A stretch of DNA of 64,000 nucleotides from Candidatus Magasanikiibacteriota bacterium (GTDB lineage: Bacteria > Patescibacteriota > Patescibacteriia > Magasanikbacterales > 2-02-FULL-50-9b). The position numbers and the translations under genes are program-made. A model generated the notes under the pieces. That model was not told the DNA's origin. It searched no databases and saw only the letters and a list, made by a program, of their open reading frames with translations. Below are positions 36,240 through 45,461 of the stretch, one piece after another. Numbering within the stretch: the stretch's first letter is position 1; every line of letters begins with the position of its first letter. The stretch lies in assembly GCA_023246755.1 (NCBI GenBank), contig JAHFHU010000004.1, positions 4,214 through 68,213 of the forward strand, written 5' to 3'.

Positions 36240-37778
36240 TTATTTACGTGGTTCGATATGCAACAAGCAAAGATCTCGCGAGCATTGAATCACCTTATAC
36301 ATTTGATTTTTAAAAATCGATGTTCGTGATAATGCTTCTGCGCGCTCCAATACACGCTGATTGCCAATCATAACATATTGAAAATCGAACGGTATTTCGG
36401 GACTTTTTTGAACACGAATCTGTCTCCCTGCATAATATTCAATATTAGGATTATCGAGCCACGAGTCCATACCAACCGTTCCATCAACCATAATTACCTT
36501 TTCAGTGGGTGGGATCGTATAAATTACCTTGATAAGATCAATCTCGCCTCCAAATCCAAATCCAGCGCTCTTGTCTTGATACAACCGTGTCAAACCAAAA
36601 TAAATAAATAACCAAAACACAATGACCAGAGCAAACGGGACTGCAATCGATGCAATTTGCTTACGAGAAATATATGATTGAAAAAAATCAATGAAGAGAA
36701 CACAACCGAATGCCACAGCAATTGAATAATAATACTGGTAGTAAATATGGATAAATGTTGCTTGTGGAATGATCAGCGCATAAAGAAAAGTGCCGACAAA
36801 AAAAACTATTGCAAGATGTTTGAGCTGTAAACCAGTTGTTGTAATATCCTGTTTGATCTGCTTCCAATTTCCTAACGCGCGCACAGAAAAAAACGTGGCA
36901 ATGTATCCAACCACTGAGCCATAGCTGAGCCAAAAGTGTTCGAGCTGGTGCCGCGTCCAATTAAGCCAAAACCCATGTTGGCCTGATCCACTTCGATATG
37001 CATACAATCCCTTAAAACCCGATACCGCCTCATTCGTTGAAGTTGATTGAAGGATGGTCTGTCCAACGACAACGGTGACTCCGGCGACTCCGGCGGGGAC
37101 ACAAGCCACCATCAATTTTTTCGATGGCGCGTGCAGTCGGCTCGCGCATATTTGCGCGATGAAAAGCAAACCACCAAAAATAAAACCGGACCAGTCCGAC
37201 CACATCATTCCAAAAATTGCGATCGCCCAGAGCCATGGAACCGAATCCTTTTTTGTATGAAACCGCTCGTGGCCGAGCATTGCAAGCGCTGCAAAAAAAA
37301 TTACAAACGGCTCCTGATCAAGTTTACGACAAAAAATAATAATGATCGGCGTCAGTGACCAAAAAAATGAAAATAGCGTCGCTTCTTTTAGCGTATGTCG
37401 TTCACGCCACGCAAACCAAAAAATAATCGTCGTTAAAATTGTTACGAAACCCGCAAGTGACCGAACCGACCACTCTTTAAACCCAAATAATCCTGTCCAC
37501 AAATAGAGGGGTATCGCGATAAATTGTGGATGACTCGTGTACCAACCCGTCGCAATCTTGCCACCATGTCCATCATCCGCAGTTCCTGCAACAGCACCAA
37601 AATATGCATGAGCAAAATTAACTTCATGCATATTTTGTGCTTTGAGTAACCAAAACGGCGGGGCCCAATTTATATGAAAACGCCCGTCAACAAAGGGGTC
37701 TGTGAGACGAAGCGATAAAATTGCAATCTGCAATAAAATTACACCAACAAAAAATCGTTTCCAAAAATGATCATTCAT
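36240..37778 (-). CDS. GT-C fold membrane glycosyltransferase-like protein (ArnT/PMT family-like)
   Basis: 512 aa with about 12 TM helices and a C-terminal soluble domain. N-terminal loop DPFVDGRFHINWAPPFW resembles the GT39/83 first-loop acidic motif. Inserted between xseA and xseB. Confidence 0.45.
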   Translation of the reverse strand: MNDHFWKRFFVGVILLQIAILSLRLTDPFVDGRFHINWAPPFWLLKAQNMHEVNFAHAYFGAVAGTADDGHGGKIATGWYTSHPQFIAIPLYLWTGLFGFKEWSVRSLAGFVTILTTIIFWFAWRERHTLKEATLFSFFWSLTPIIIIFCRKLDQEPFVIFFAALAMLGHERFHTKKDSVPWLWAIAIFGMMWSDWSGFIFGGLLFIAQICASRLHAPSKKLMVACVPAGVAGVTVVVGQTILQSTSTNEAVSGFKGLYAYRSGSGQHGFWLNWTRHQLEHFWLSYGSVVGYIATFFSVRALGNWKQIKQDITTTGLQLKHLAIVFFVGTFLYALIIPQATFIHIYYQYYYSIAVAFGCVLFIDFFQSYISRKQIASIAVPFALVIVFWLFIYFGLTRLYQDKSAGFGFGGEIDLIKVIYTIPPTEKVIMVDGTVGMDSWLDNPNIEYYAGRQIRVQKSPEIPFDFQYVMIGNQRVLERAEALSRTSIFKNQMYKVIQCSRDLCLLHIEPRK

Positions 37779-38950
37779 ACATCGATTCGAATTGGCACAT
37801 CACCATCATAATAAATCTGTCGGGCTGAACCGGCGGCTCGCAAAGCGGCAGCGCTGGCGATAATAGTACCATCTTTTGCTTGCGTATAGGAATAGCCCCG
37901 CGTCAATAACCGTTTTGGATCAAGCGAGCGAATCATTCGCGCCGCATGATCAACGGATTCGTGCACTCGACGAATTTTTTGTTCGAGCAAATCACGTCGC
38001 ATGAGCAGCTGACGATGCGTTCCATTAATGCGCTCTTTGATCGAACGCAACCATCGCTCCGCAGCATACGTTATGTGTGCTGTATGTGCGCGCTCACGGC
38101 TCAACCGCGCGTCGATCGCATACGCGTATTGCGCGACCACATGACGAATGCCGCGCGCAACATCATCTCGATCAGGAAAAACAAGTTCCGCAGCATTACT
38201 CGGCGTCGCTGCGCGTATATCTGCAACTAAATCAATGATCGTCACATCACGCTCGTGACCGACACCGCTTACCACCGGCACCCGCGACGCGTAACACGCA
38301 CGCGCAACTGCTTCCGTATTAAATACATGCAGATCTTCAAGTGAGCCCCCACCGCGTGTGACAATGATTACATCAAATTCCATTGTCCGAGCACCCGCAT
38401 GTTCAAGTGCGGCGACAACTTCGGCAACCGCGGCGTCACCCTGCACACCGACATGATAGTGCGTGATCTCCGCCGCAGGCCACCGCGTGCCTGCAACACG
38501 CAAAAAATCAGTATATGCCGCCGCTTCACGCGAGGTGATGAGCGCAACACGCGACGGAAACCTCGGCAACGATCGTTTTCGCGCACTGTCGAACAACCCC
38601 TCAATTTCCAACTTTTTTTTAAGTAAATCAAACGAACGCCGCAAACTCCCCTCACCCGATAATCGAATTGATTGCACGACAAAACTGAATTTTCCGTATT
38701 TTGGATATAATTTTCCAACGCCGGTCACCGCAATTTTCATTCCGTCCGCAAGCTGCTCTTTCAGCTGCCACACCGTCAAAAAACAGTTCACGACCGCAGC
38801 ACCATCTTTCAAGTCAAAACGCACCCATTGCCCGCCCGAAATCGCAAACGAAGAAACTTCGCCTTCAATTTCAAAAGCGCCGGACGGAGTCGTCACGGCA
38901 AGTGTTTCATTAATTAACTCAACAAACTGAGAAACAGAGAGTGTGTTCAT
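37775..38950 (-). CDS. xseA: exodeoxyribonuclease VII large subunit
   Basis: N-terminal OB fold LSVSQFVELINETL...GEVSSF...VRFDLKD, central catalytic region, C-terminal coiled segment. 391 aa. Confidence 0.8.
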   Translation of the reverse strand: MNTLSVSQFVELINETLAVTTPSGAFEIEGEVSSFAISGGQWVRFDLKDGAAVVNCFLTVWQLKEQLADGMKIAVTGVGKLYPKYGKFSFVVQSIRLSGEGSLRRSFDLLKKKLEIEGLFDSARKRSLPRFPSRVALITSREAAAYTDFLRVAGTRWPAAEITHYHVGVQGDAAVAEVVAALEHAGARTMEFDVIIVTRGGGSLEDLHVFNTEAVARACYASRVPVVSGVGHERDVTIIDLVADIRAATPSNAAELVFPDRDDVARGIRHVVAQYAYAIDARLSRERAHTAHITYAAERWLRSIKERINGTHRQLLMRRDLLEQKIRRVHESVDHAARMIRSLDPKRLLTRGYSYTQAKDGTIIASAAALRAAGSARQIYYDGDVPIRIDV

Positions 38951-38987
38951 ATTTTATATCGGCTATGCATCAGTATAACACGGCTAC

Positions 38988-40106
38988 TTAAAACCGACAC
39001 CGCGCGGCAACTCGGTTTATGCTGTAAATGATGAGGGTACTATAGGCCGCAACGACCACTGTCCAACCTGTTTCGACCTGCGCCAAACTACCCGGAATAC
39101 GCGCAATAAATTCAAGAGTTTTCAAAAAAATAAATGCAACCACATACGCACCATACGCAACGGGTGTAATTACAAAGGGTGCAAAAAAATGTGCAGCAAG
39201 CGTCGTGATTCCGAGACACATAAGTAGCGGAACAAACGGCGTGACAATAATATTCGCGATCAGCGCACTCATTGACATCACATGAAAATAAAATATTTCA
39301 AGCGGCAGCACAAACAATGTTGCCGCAATTGTTTCTGATACGACAGAAAAAAAACTCCCTTCCGGTTTTTCAAAAATAATGAGTCCCAATGTCGCAAGAC
39401 AAGAAAACTGAAACCCGACATCGCATGCAACGGTTGGGTTAATGAGAACCATACATGCAGCGGCCGCGCCGAGTGCATGCAGCGCGGAAGGACGACGGCC
39501 GACGAGTGGTGAAAAATACATAATACACCCCATAATTCCGGCTCGTATCACGCTTGCCGGCGCACCAGTGATAAAAATAAATATGGCGATACCGGTTGCG
39601 ATAATATAAAACCGCATGTGTGGCGCACACGGAATCCGATTAAGCGCCCATTCGATCCATCGAACCACGAAAGAAACGTTTGATCCCGAAACTGCGACGA
39701 TGTGCATCGTACCCGTTGCTCGAAAAATATACCTCCAATCTGCATCAAATCCCGACGTCCCACCAAATAAAATACCGGAGATGAGAGTCCGATACGGATT
39801 TTCAAGATACACTGCAAAAACACGGTCACAGACGTCGCGCACGTCAGTAAAAAGTGTGTGCTCCGGAATTCTGATGATATTTCCAAAAAAAGTTCGCGCG
39901 ATTCCACAAATAAATCCAAAAATAACTAATGTTGCCCACGTATATTTTCGATAGAGCGCGAAAAAAGATACAACAAGCGCAACCAAAATGATAAAAAAAT
40001 GTTGTCGCGCAAATGGCCCACACAAAATACCTGCTATAAAAGCTACGGCCCACACCGGCAACGCAAAAATGTATACGAAAATAGATCCCCCTCCTTTTTG
40101 AACCAT
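38988..40106 (-). CDS. comEC: ComEC/Rec2 family DNA internalisation channel protein (competence domain only)
   Basis: Polytopic. MHIVAVSGSNVSFVV corresponds to the conserved ComEC ISGLHV/SG-N-V motif region. 372 aa, without the C-terminal metallo-beta-lactamase domain. Confidence 0.65.
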   Translation of the reverse strand: MVQKGGGSIFVYIFALPVWAVAFIAGILCGPFARQHFFIILVALVVSFFALYRKYTWATLVIFGFICGIARTFFGNIIRIPEHTLFTDVRDVCDRVFAVYLENPYRTLISGILFGGTSGFDADWRYIFRATGTMHIVAVSGSNVSFVVRWIEWALNRIPCAPHMRFYIIATGIAIFIFITGAPASVIRAGIMGCIMYFSPLVGRRPSALHALGAAAACMVLINPTVACDVGFQFSCLATLGLIIFEKPEGSFFSVVSETIAATLFVLPLEIFYFHVMSMSALIANIIVTPFVPLLMCLGITTLAAHFFAPFVITPVAYGAYVVAFIFLKTLEFIARIPGSLAQVETGWTVVVAAYSTLIIYSINRVAARCRF

Positions 40107-40115
40107 ATTTTTTAA

Positions 40116-40898
40116 TCACCACGCACGCACCGCTCGAATAAATGTTTTTAAAGACTCTTGCCCACCGATCGTAATACGTGGCAACGCGAGTGTGTTAGTA
40201 TAATTTTTTCCATGACTCTCGTCTGCAGCAAATGCAAAGCTCATGCCCGCTTCTGCGACCATTTTCTCCTCGCGCACACCAAATTTTCCAAATGGATATG
40301 CAAATGCCCTGACTGGTTTACCCGTTATCATCTCCAATCGATTTTTTGAATATATAATTTCTTCACGTGCATCATCATCGGAAATTTCTTGCAATCGCAC
40401 GTGCGTCATCGTGTGCGCACCAATTTCAACTAATCCCGATTCAGATAATTCGCGCAATTGTGCGTACGACATGCGCCCATTCGTTCCATCAAAGCCCGGA
40501 TTCGCAAAAACAGTAATTTTGATATTATATTTTTTAAGCAGTGGCAAAACGACGCTGTACACATCCTCTGTTCCATCATCAAAGGTGAGCATTACCGTTT
40601 TTTGAGGATACACCCCATCACCACGCTCACGTGCTACAAAAAAATCAGAGACAAACGGCGTGTTATAGTTGTTATCGGATAGATATTTGAACTCATCTTC
40701 CAATAATTTCGGGCTGATCGAAAAAGCTTTTAAATTTGGACCGCTATTTTCATCGGTCTCCATGACTTCGTGATACATTAATATCGAAGGCGTCGTCACA
40801 TTTCGTGGCGTCGCACTATTTTTTTTCGCATACACAAAAAACGGCGTTGTAACAAACACGAAACTCAACACGATAATTGCAGTTATTTCACGTTTCAC
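40116..40898 (-). CDS. polysaccharide deacetylase (NodB homology domain), secreted
   Basis: Signal peptide. VMLTFDDGTEDVYSVVLPLLKKYNIKITVFANPGF, GAHTMTHVRL, FAYPFG. Confidence 0.85.
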   Translation of the reverse strand: MKREITAIIVLSFVFVTTPFFVYAKKNSATPRNVTTPSILMYHEVMETDENSGPNLKAFSISPKLLEDEFKYLSDNNYNTPFVSDFFVARERGDGVYPQKTVMLTFDDGTEDVYSVVLPLLKKYNIKITVFANPGFDGTNGRMSYAQLRELSESGLVEIGAHTMTHVRLQEISDDDAREEIIYSKNRLEMITGKPVRAFAYPFGKFGVREEKMVAEAGMSFAFAADESHGKNYTNTLALPRITIGGQESLKTFIRAVRAW

Positions 40899-43800
40899 AA
40901 AACGATATTTACTAATCTGCCTTTAATCACGATCACGTTAGTTGGCTCCTCCCCCGCGAGCCACTCGCGTATTTTAAAAGAATTAAGCGCGAGCGTTTTC
41001 AGATCTTCTTCGGACAGAGACGCTGCGACAATAATTCGATCACGAACCTTACCATTAATCTGTACCACGAGTTCGAATGTTTCGTCAACAACCAAATCGC
41101 GATCAAACGACGGCCACCATTGCTCACACACCAATCCGTCGCCCGATATCACCGACCACACCTCTTCCGAAACATGTGGCGCCACGACATTGAGTGCGCG
41201 CACAAAAAGTTTGAGCGTGTCTTTCGTAATCGCATTCGCGCTATACACCGAATTAACAAAAGTCATGTAGTGCGCAACCGCCGTGTTAAAACTCATCCGA
41301 TCATAGTCCTCGGACACTGCTTTGATTAATTTATGAACGCCACGCGTCACCGCTTCCGGCTCCGTTTCCGCAATAAGATTTGGCAATCGCATCACGCGAT
41401 CCAAAAATCGTTTGACACCAGACACCCCTGAAACACTCCACGGCGCCGGTTCGCTAAATGGTCCGATAAATAGTTCGTAGAGTCGAAGTGTGTCAGCGCC
41501 CTGCCCCCGCACAATTTCGTCCGGATTCACCACATTCCCTTTTGATTTCGACATCTTCGTCCCATCTTCCGACATGATAAGGCCATGCGACACACGCCGC
41601 GCATACGGCTCAGACGTTGGCACAAAGCCCGCGTCGTACATAAATTTATTCCAAAAACGCGAGTACAGCAAATGCAATGTTGTGTGCTCCATGCCACCGT
41701 TGTAAAGGTCAACCGGCATCCAATATTTCAGTTTGTCCGCGGCTGCAAACGCTGTTTCGTTGTGCGCATCGCAGTATCGCAAAAAATACCAACTCGAACC
41801 CGCCCAGTTTGGCATTGTGTCTGTTTCGCGCTTTGCGGGGCCGCCACAACGTGGACATTCCGTATTCACAAATTCCGGAATCAACGCGAGTGGCGATTCG
41901 CCATTGTCTGTTGGTTCGTACTTTTCAATGTGCGGAAGTGTGAGCGGGAGTGCAGAATCAGGCAATGGGTTCCAGCCTGAAATACGCGCTGACTCAAGAA
42001 TTACCGGCTCAACGGATGCACAAAAATGTTCATCATGTGGTCGTACGATCTGCACCGCAGCTTTGTAAAATTGTCCCATCTCGCGATGGTTGTCGAGCTT
42101 AAAAATCGATTCAGTTTCATCGCCAAGCAACAACAATTCGTCAGTTGCGCCGCGCACACGCGCTGCATCAAATTTCCAGTCGCAACTCACTTCTACTTCG
42201 GGCCGTGCATGATCTCGAAATTTTGCATTCATGAACCCGTCAACAAAAATTGCTTTACGAATTTTCACCGAAAGTTTTGGTAATAATTTCTGCGCAACAA
42301 CGGTTCCCAAACTGTGTGCGACAATAATCGTGTCTTCGGTAAAATTCACCGAACGTTCTAAAAATGCAACCTGCTCATCGATGTTTGGCTGGTCAGCGCT
42401 TGGTAAATCATGCGCGACAACAGAATGACCATCGGCCTCTAGTTTTTGTTTCAGCCACGGAAAAAAATTCGTGTTAACCGATCCTTTAAATCCGTGAATA
42501 AATACATACTGATACTTTTTTGCCGCACACGCTTCGCAATGCACCAGTGGAATCGGTTCGCCCCAATAACGCTGACGCGAAAAAACCCAATCACGCAATT
42601 TGAACGTAACTTTGCGCGCGCCGCACCCCTGTTCCTCAAGCCACGCAACCATTTTTTGTTGTGCTTGCAACGTGGCAAGGCCATTCAAAAACTCTGAATT
42701 TGTATTTACACCATCTTCGATCCATAGTTCTGCTTCAACACAAACATCTTCAGCTTCTTTTGTTGCAGGATTGCTAAACACAAGCGATCCAAGTTTTGGT
42801 GGAAGCACAACTTTTTTTATTGGTAACCCAAACTTTTTCGCAAACTCGAAATCGCGTTCATCGTGCGCCGGCACTGCCATCACCGCACCCGTGCCATAGC
42901 CCGCCAAAACATAGTCAGAAATCCAAATGGGCACGCGCTCGCCATTCGCCGGATTCACCGCATACGCGCCCGTGAACACACCGGTTTTTTCGCGTGTTGC
43001 ATCTGTGCGCTCCATTTCAGTTTTGCGCGCAACCGCGGCGCGATAATCTGCTACCGCAAGATATCGCTCAAGGTGTTCCACCTGCACAACACTTTTTCCA
43101 AATATTTCAGACACTGTACACAACTTTTCTTTTACTTCGGCGATAGGCAACCACATGAAATCCGTTTTTTCAATTTCCGTTTCATCACGTGGCAATGGCT
43201 CATCACTTCCAATAACAACCAAGAAAATGGTGTCGGTGCTTCGGATATTTTTTTTACGTGTGTGATAATAGTTATGTTTAAATGTGCCCAAATTTTTTAT
43301 GATCTTCACGTTGGTGTAACCCGTTTCTTCGCGCAGTTCGCGGAGCACTGCTTGCTCAGGTGTTTCACCTTCGTCAACGCCACCGCCCGGCAAAATATAT
43401 TGTTGCGTGGGCTTATCAAATGTAATCAGCATTTTGCCATCACGCACGCACATCGCGCGAACAGTCGCACGCGGCGAACTATCTGGCAACAAATCACCAA
43501 GCTCTTGGTCGTGTGCAATTACAAGCTCATCCACCAACGCATGCTCAGGCGCAAGCGTTACGTACGTCACGCCAAACAACGTATCCGGCCGCGTCGTAAA
43601 CACACGAATTTTTTTGTCCGCGAAGCCCTCAACCGCAAAATCAACTTCCGCGCCCTCACTTTTCCCAATCCACTCCTCTTGTTGCTTTTTAATCTTCGGC
43701 AAATAATTCACGGTGTCCAAATCAGCAAGCAAACGATCCGCATACTTCGTAATTCCGATCATCCACTGTTCTTTTTCTCGTTTTTCAACCGCGCCGCCAC

Positions 43801-44329
43801 ACCGCTCACACACACCACCTGCCGCTTCTTCATTGGCCAAACCAATTTTATCTTTCGGGCACCAGTTGATCATCGTCTTTGCTTTATATGCCAAACCTGC
43901 CTTAAAAAATTGCAAAAACTGCCACTGCGTCCATTTATAATACCCCGCATCCGTCGAATTAATTTCGCGCGACCAATCAAACGACAACCCAAGCGATTGA
44001 ATCTGGCGCTTAAATGTCGCGATATTTTCATCCGTTATTTCCGCAGGCGCGCGACCGGTTTTGATCGCATAATTTTCCGTCGGCAACCCAAACGCGTCCC
44101 AACCCATGGGATATAAAACGTTTTTGCCTTGCATGCGAGCGCGCCGCGCAAGTGCGTCAAGCGCAACATACGAACGCGGATGCCCGACGTGCAGCCCCGC
44201 GCCCGACGGATACGGAAACTCAACTAAAAAATACTGTTTTGGTTTTTCTGAAAAATCTTCTGCCTTAAAAACTCCAGCCACAAGCCAGCGATCCTGCCAT
44301 TTTTTATCTATCTCGCCGTGATTGTACAT
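40895..44329 (-). CDS. leuS: leucine--tRNA ligase carrying two in-frame inserted enzyme domains: a NUDIX hydrolase inside the CP1 editing domain and a YdeN/RBBP9-type alpha/beta serine hydrolase inside the zinc-knuckle region
   Basis: LeuRS core: HIGH as PSGAGLHVGH, editing-domain TTRPDT and YGTGAVMAVPAHDERDFEFAKKFGLP, KMSKS as KMSKSKGN, and ECPRCGGPAKRETDTMPNWAGSSWYF. The protein is 1144 aa, whereas typical LeuRS is 800-880. Insert 1 spans aa about 285-410: GGGVDEGETPEQAVLRELREETGY fits Gx5Ex7REUxEExGU exactly. Insert 2 spans aa about 603-790: YVFIHGFKGSVNTNFFPWLKQKLEADGHSVVAHDLP...IIVAHSLGTVVA carries a GxSxG nucleophile elbow in a PF06821-like fold. Confidence 0.85.
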   Translation of the reverse strand: MYNHGEIDKKWQDRWLVAGVFKAEDFSEKPKQYFLVEFPYPSGAGLHVGHPRSYVALDALARRARMQGKNVLYPMGWDAFGLPTENYAIKTGRAPAEITDENIATFKRQIQSLGLSFDWSREINSTDAGYYKWTQWQFLQFFKAGLAYKAKTMINWCPKDKIGLANEEAAGGVCERCGGAVEKREKEQWMIGITKYADRLLADLDTVNYLPKIKKQQEEWIGKSEGAEVDFAVEGFADKKIRVFTTRPDTLFGVTYVTLAPEHALVDELVIAHDQELGDLLPDSSPRATVRAMCVRDGKMLITFDKPTQQYILPGGGVDEGETPEQAVLRELREETGYTNVKIIKNLGTFKHNYYHTRKKNIRSTDTIFLVVIGSDEPLPRDETEIEKTDFMWLPIAEVKEKLCTVSEIFGKSVVQVEHLERYLAVADYRAAVARKTEMERTDATREKTGVFTGAYAVNPANGERVPIWISDYVLAGYGTGAVMAVPAHDERDFEFAKKFGLPIKKVVLPPKLGSLVFSNPATKEAEDVCVEAELWIEDGVNTNSEFLNGLATLQAQQKMVAWLEEQGCGARKVTFKLRDWVFSRQRYWGEPIPLVHCEACAAKKYQYVFIHGFKGSVNTNFFPWLKQKLEADGHSVVAHDLPSADQPNIDEQVAFLERSVNFTEDTIIVAHSLGTVVAQKLLPKLSVKIRKAIFVDGFMNAKFRDHARPEVEVSCDWKFDAARVRGATDELLLLGDETESIFKLDNHREMGQFYKAAVQIVRPHDEHFCASVEPVILESARISGWNPLPDSALPLTLPHIEKYEPTDNGESPLALIPEFVNTECPRCGGPAKRETDTMPNWAGSSWYFLRYCDAHNETAFAAADKLKYWMPVDLYNGGMEHTTLHLLYSRFWNKFMYDAGFVPTSEPYARRVSHGLIMSEDGTKMSKSKGNVVNPDEIVRGQGADTLRLYELFIGPFSEPAPWSVSGVSGVKRFLDRVMRLPNLIAETEPEAVTRGVHKLIKAVSEDYDRMSFNTAVAHYMTFVNSVYSANAITKDTLKLFVRALNVVAPHVSEEVWSVISGDGLVCEQWWPSFDRDLVVDETFELVVQINGKVRDRIIVAASLSEEDLKTLALNSFKIREWLAGEEPTNVIVIKGRLVNIVL

Positions 44330-44436
44330 ATGCGCAAATTTTAACGAATTTCCCGCAAATGCGCAAGATTAAAAATACCCCGATGCCCTTGCTCACCTAG
44401 CGCAAGTTCATCGAGGTTTCTCTTTTGATCGTTCAG

Positions 44437-44991
44437 TCACCCACCATCCCGTTCAATTGTATCAAATTCCAGTTGGCCCTCCACCACGTGAAGAACACTA
44501 TCTGGCGACACAGGCGCGGCCATGTGAGCAATCGGCGAACGCGGACAGGTAAACACGATTTTTAAATCGGTACCCACCCGATCAGTCAAATCATCATGAT
44601 AGGCCGAAACCTGCCAATAATTCTGCCGGGCAATCTCCGTGAGCGCATCAAGTACAATGCCCGGACGATATTCTGTTTGCACATGCGGCTCGCAACAAGC
44701 ACGATCACCAACCCGCCCAAGTGTGAATAAGACTACGTGGAGATTGCGCACCCGACGATTGGGGCGCATCAATCGAATCGCCCGACGGACAACCCATCCG
44801 TCGTCAAATAGTTCATCAGGCAACAAACTTGCGTCAAGGGCACGCGCCGAAAGCTCTGTCAATCGCGCTCCGCCCACCCCACCCTTGGGGATTCTGCGTT
44901 TCGATACAAGATTGATTTTGTTGCCAACATCGCTCAAATCATGGACCAAAAACTGCAGAGTTATGGTCCGAATCGTCTGGTCAACAGCCAT
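44437..44991 (-). CDS. hypothetical protein (184 aa)
   Basis: Long ORF with coding-like composition. No confident family. Two LHVV motifs 73 aa apart (NLHVVLFTLG, SVLHVVEGQL). Confidence 0.4.
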   Translation of the reverse strand: MAVDQTIRTITLQFLVHDLSDVGNKINLVSKRRIPKGGVGGARLTELSARALDASLLPDELFDDGWVVRRAIRLMRPNRRVRNLHVVLFTLGRVGDRACCEPHVQTEYRPGIVLDALTEIARQNYWQVSAYHDDLTDRVGTDLKIVFTCPRSPIAHMAAPVSPDSVLHVVEGQLEFDTIERDGG

Positions 44992-45080
44992 GTTTCCACC
45001 CCCATTTTCTGTTGTGGTTAAAAGAACCGAACCTCATTACACCACAGTCAAAAAAATCTGTCAACTAGCTGGACAAAATA

Positions 45081-45392
45081 CTATTTAAACATCGCCTTAA
45101 GCTGTTCAATCGTTTGAACACCCGCGCTTTGGGCTGCTGGCTTACCATCTTTAAAAACAATAAACGTTGGGATGGACATAATATTAAACTTGCTCGCTGT
45201 CTCGGAATTTTCGTCGACGTTCATTTTCCCAATTTTGACACCCGCGCCTTCCATTTCATGCGCAAGATTTTCGATAACAGGGCTCATCATGCGACACGGA
45301 CCACACCATGGCGCCCAAAAATCAACGAACACAGGCTCACTCGATCCTAAAACTTCTGTTTCAAAATTTGCATCGGTAAATTCGATTTCCAT
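45081..45392 (-). CDS. trxA: thioredoxin
   Basis: FWAPWCGPCR active site. 103 aa. Confidence 0.95.
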   Translation of the reverse strand: MEIEFTDANFETEVLGSSEPVFVDFWAPWCGPCRMMSPVIENLAHEMEGAGVKIGKMNVDENSETASKFNIMSIPTFIVFKDGKPAAQSAGVQTIEQLKAMFK

Positions 45393-45461
45393 AAAAAGAT
45401 TATTGAAAGTAAATGATACGTTCTAACGAAAAAAACGTCAAATGCGCGTCGCTCCGAAAAA

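Noticed and set aside
42863-44116. 417-aa plus-strand ORF inside leuS
   Set aside because: Antisense to a well-supported, motif-rich LeuRS reading frame. The translation is Arg/His-rich low-complexity typical of the reverse frame of a coding region.
44437-44991. Calling the 184-aa ORF a LigT/2H phosphoesterase
   Set aside because: Two LHVV segments exist, but canonical H-x-[TS]-x motifs are absent and the first sits too far from the N-terminus. Left as hypothetical.
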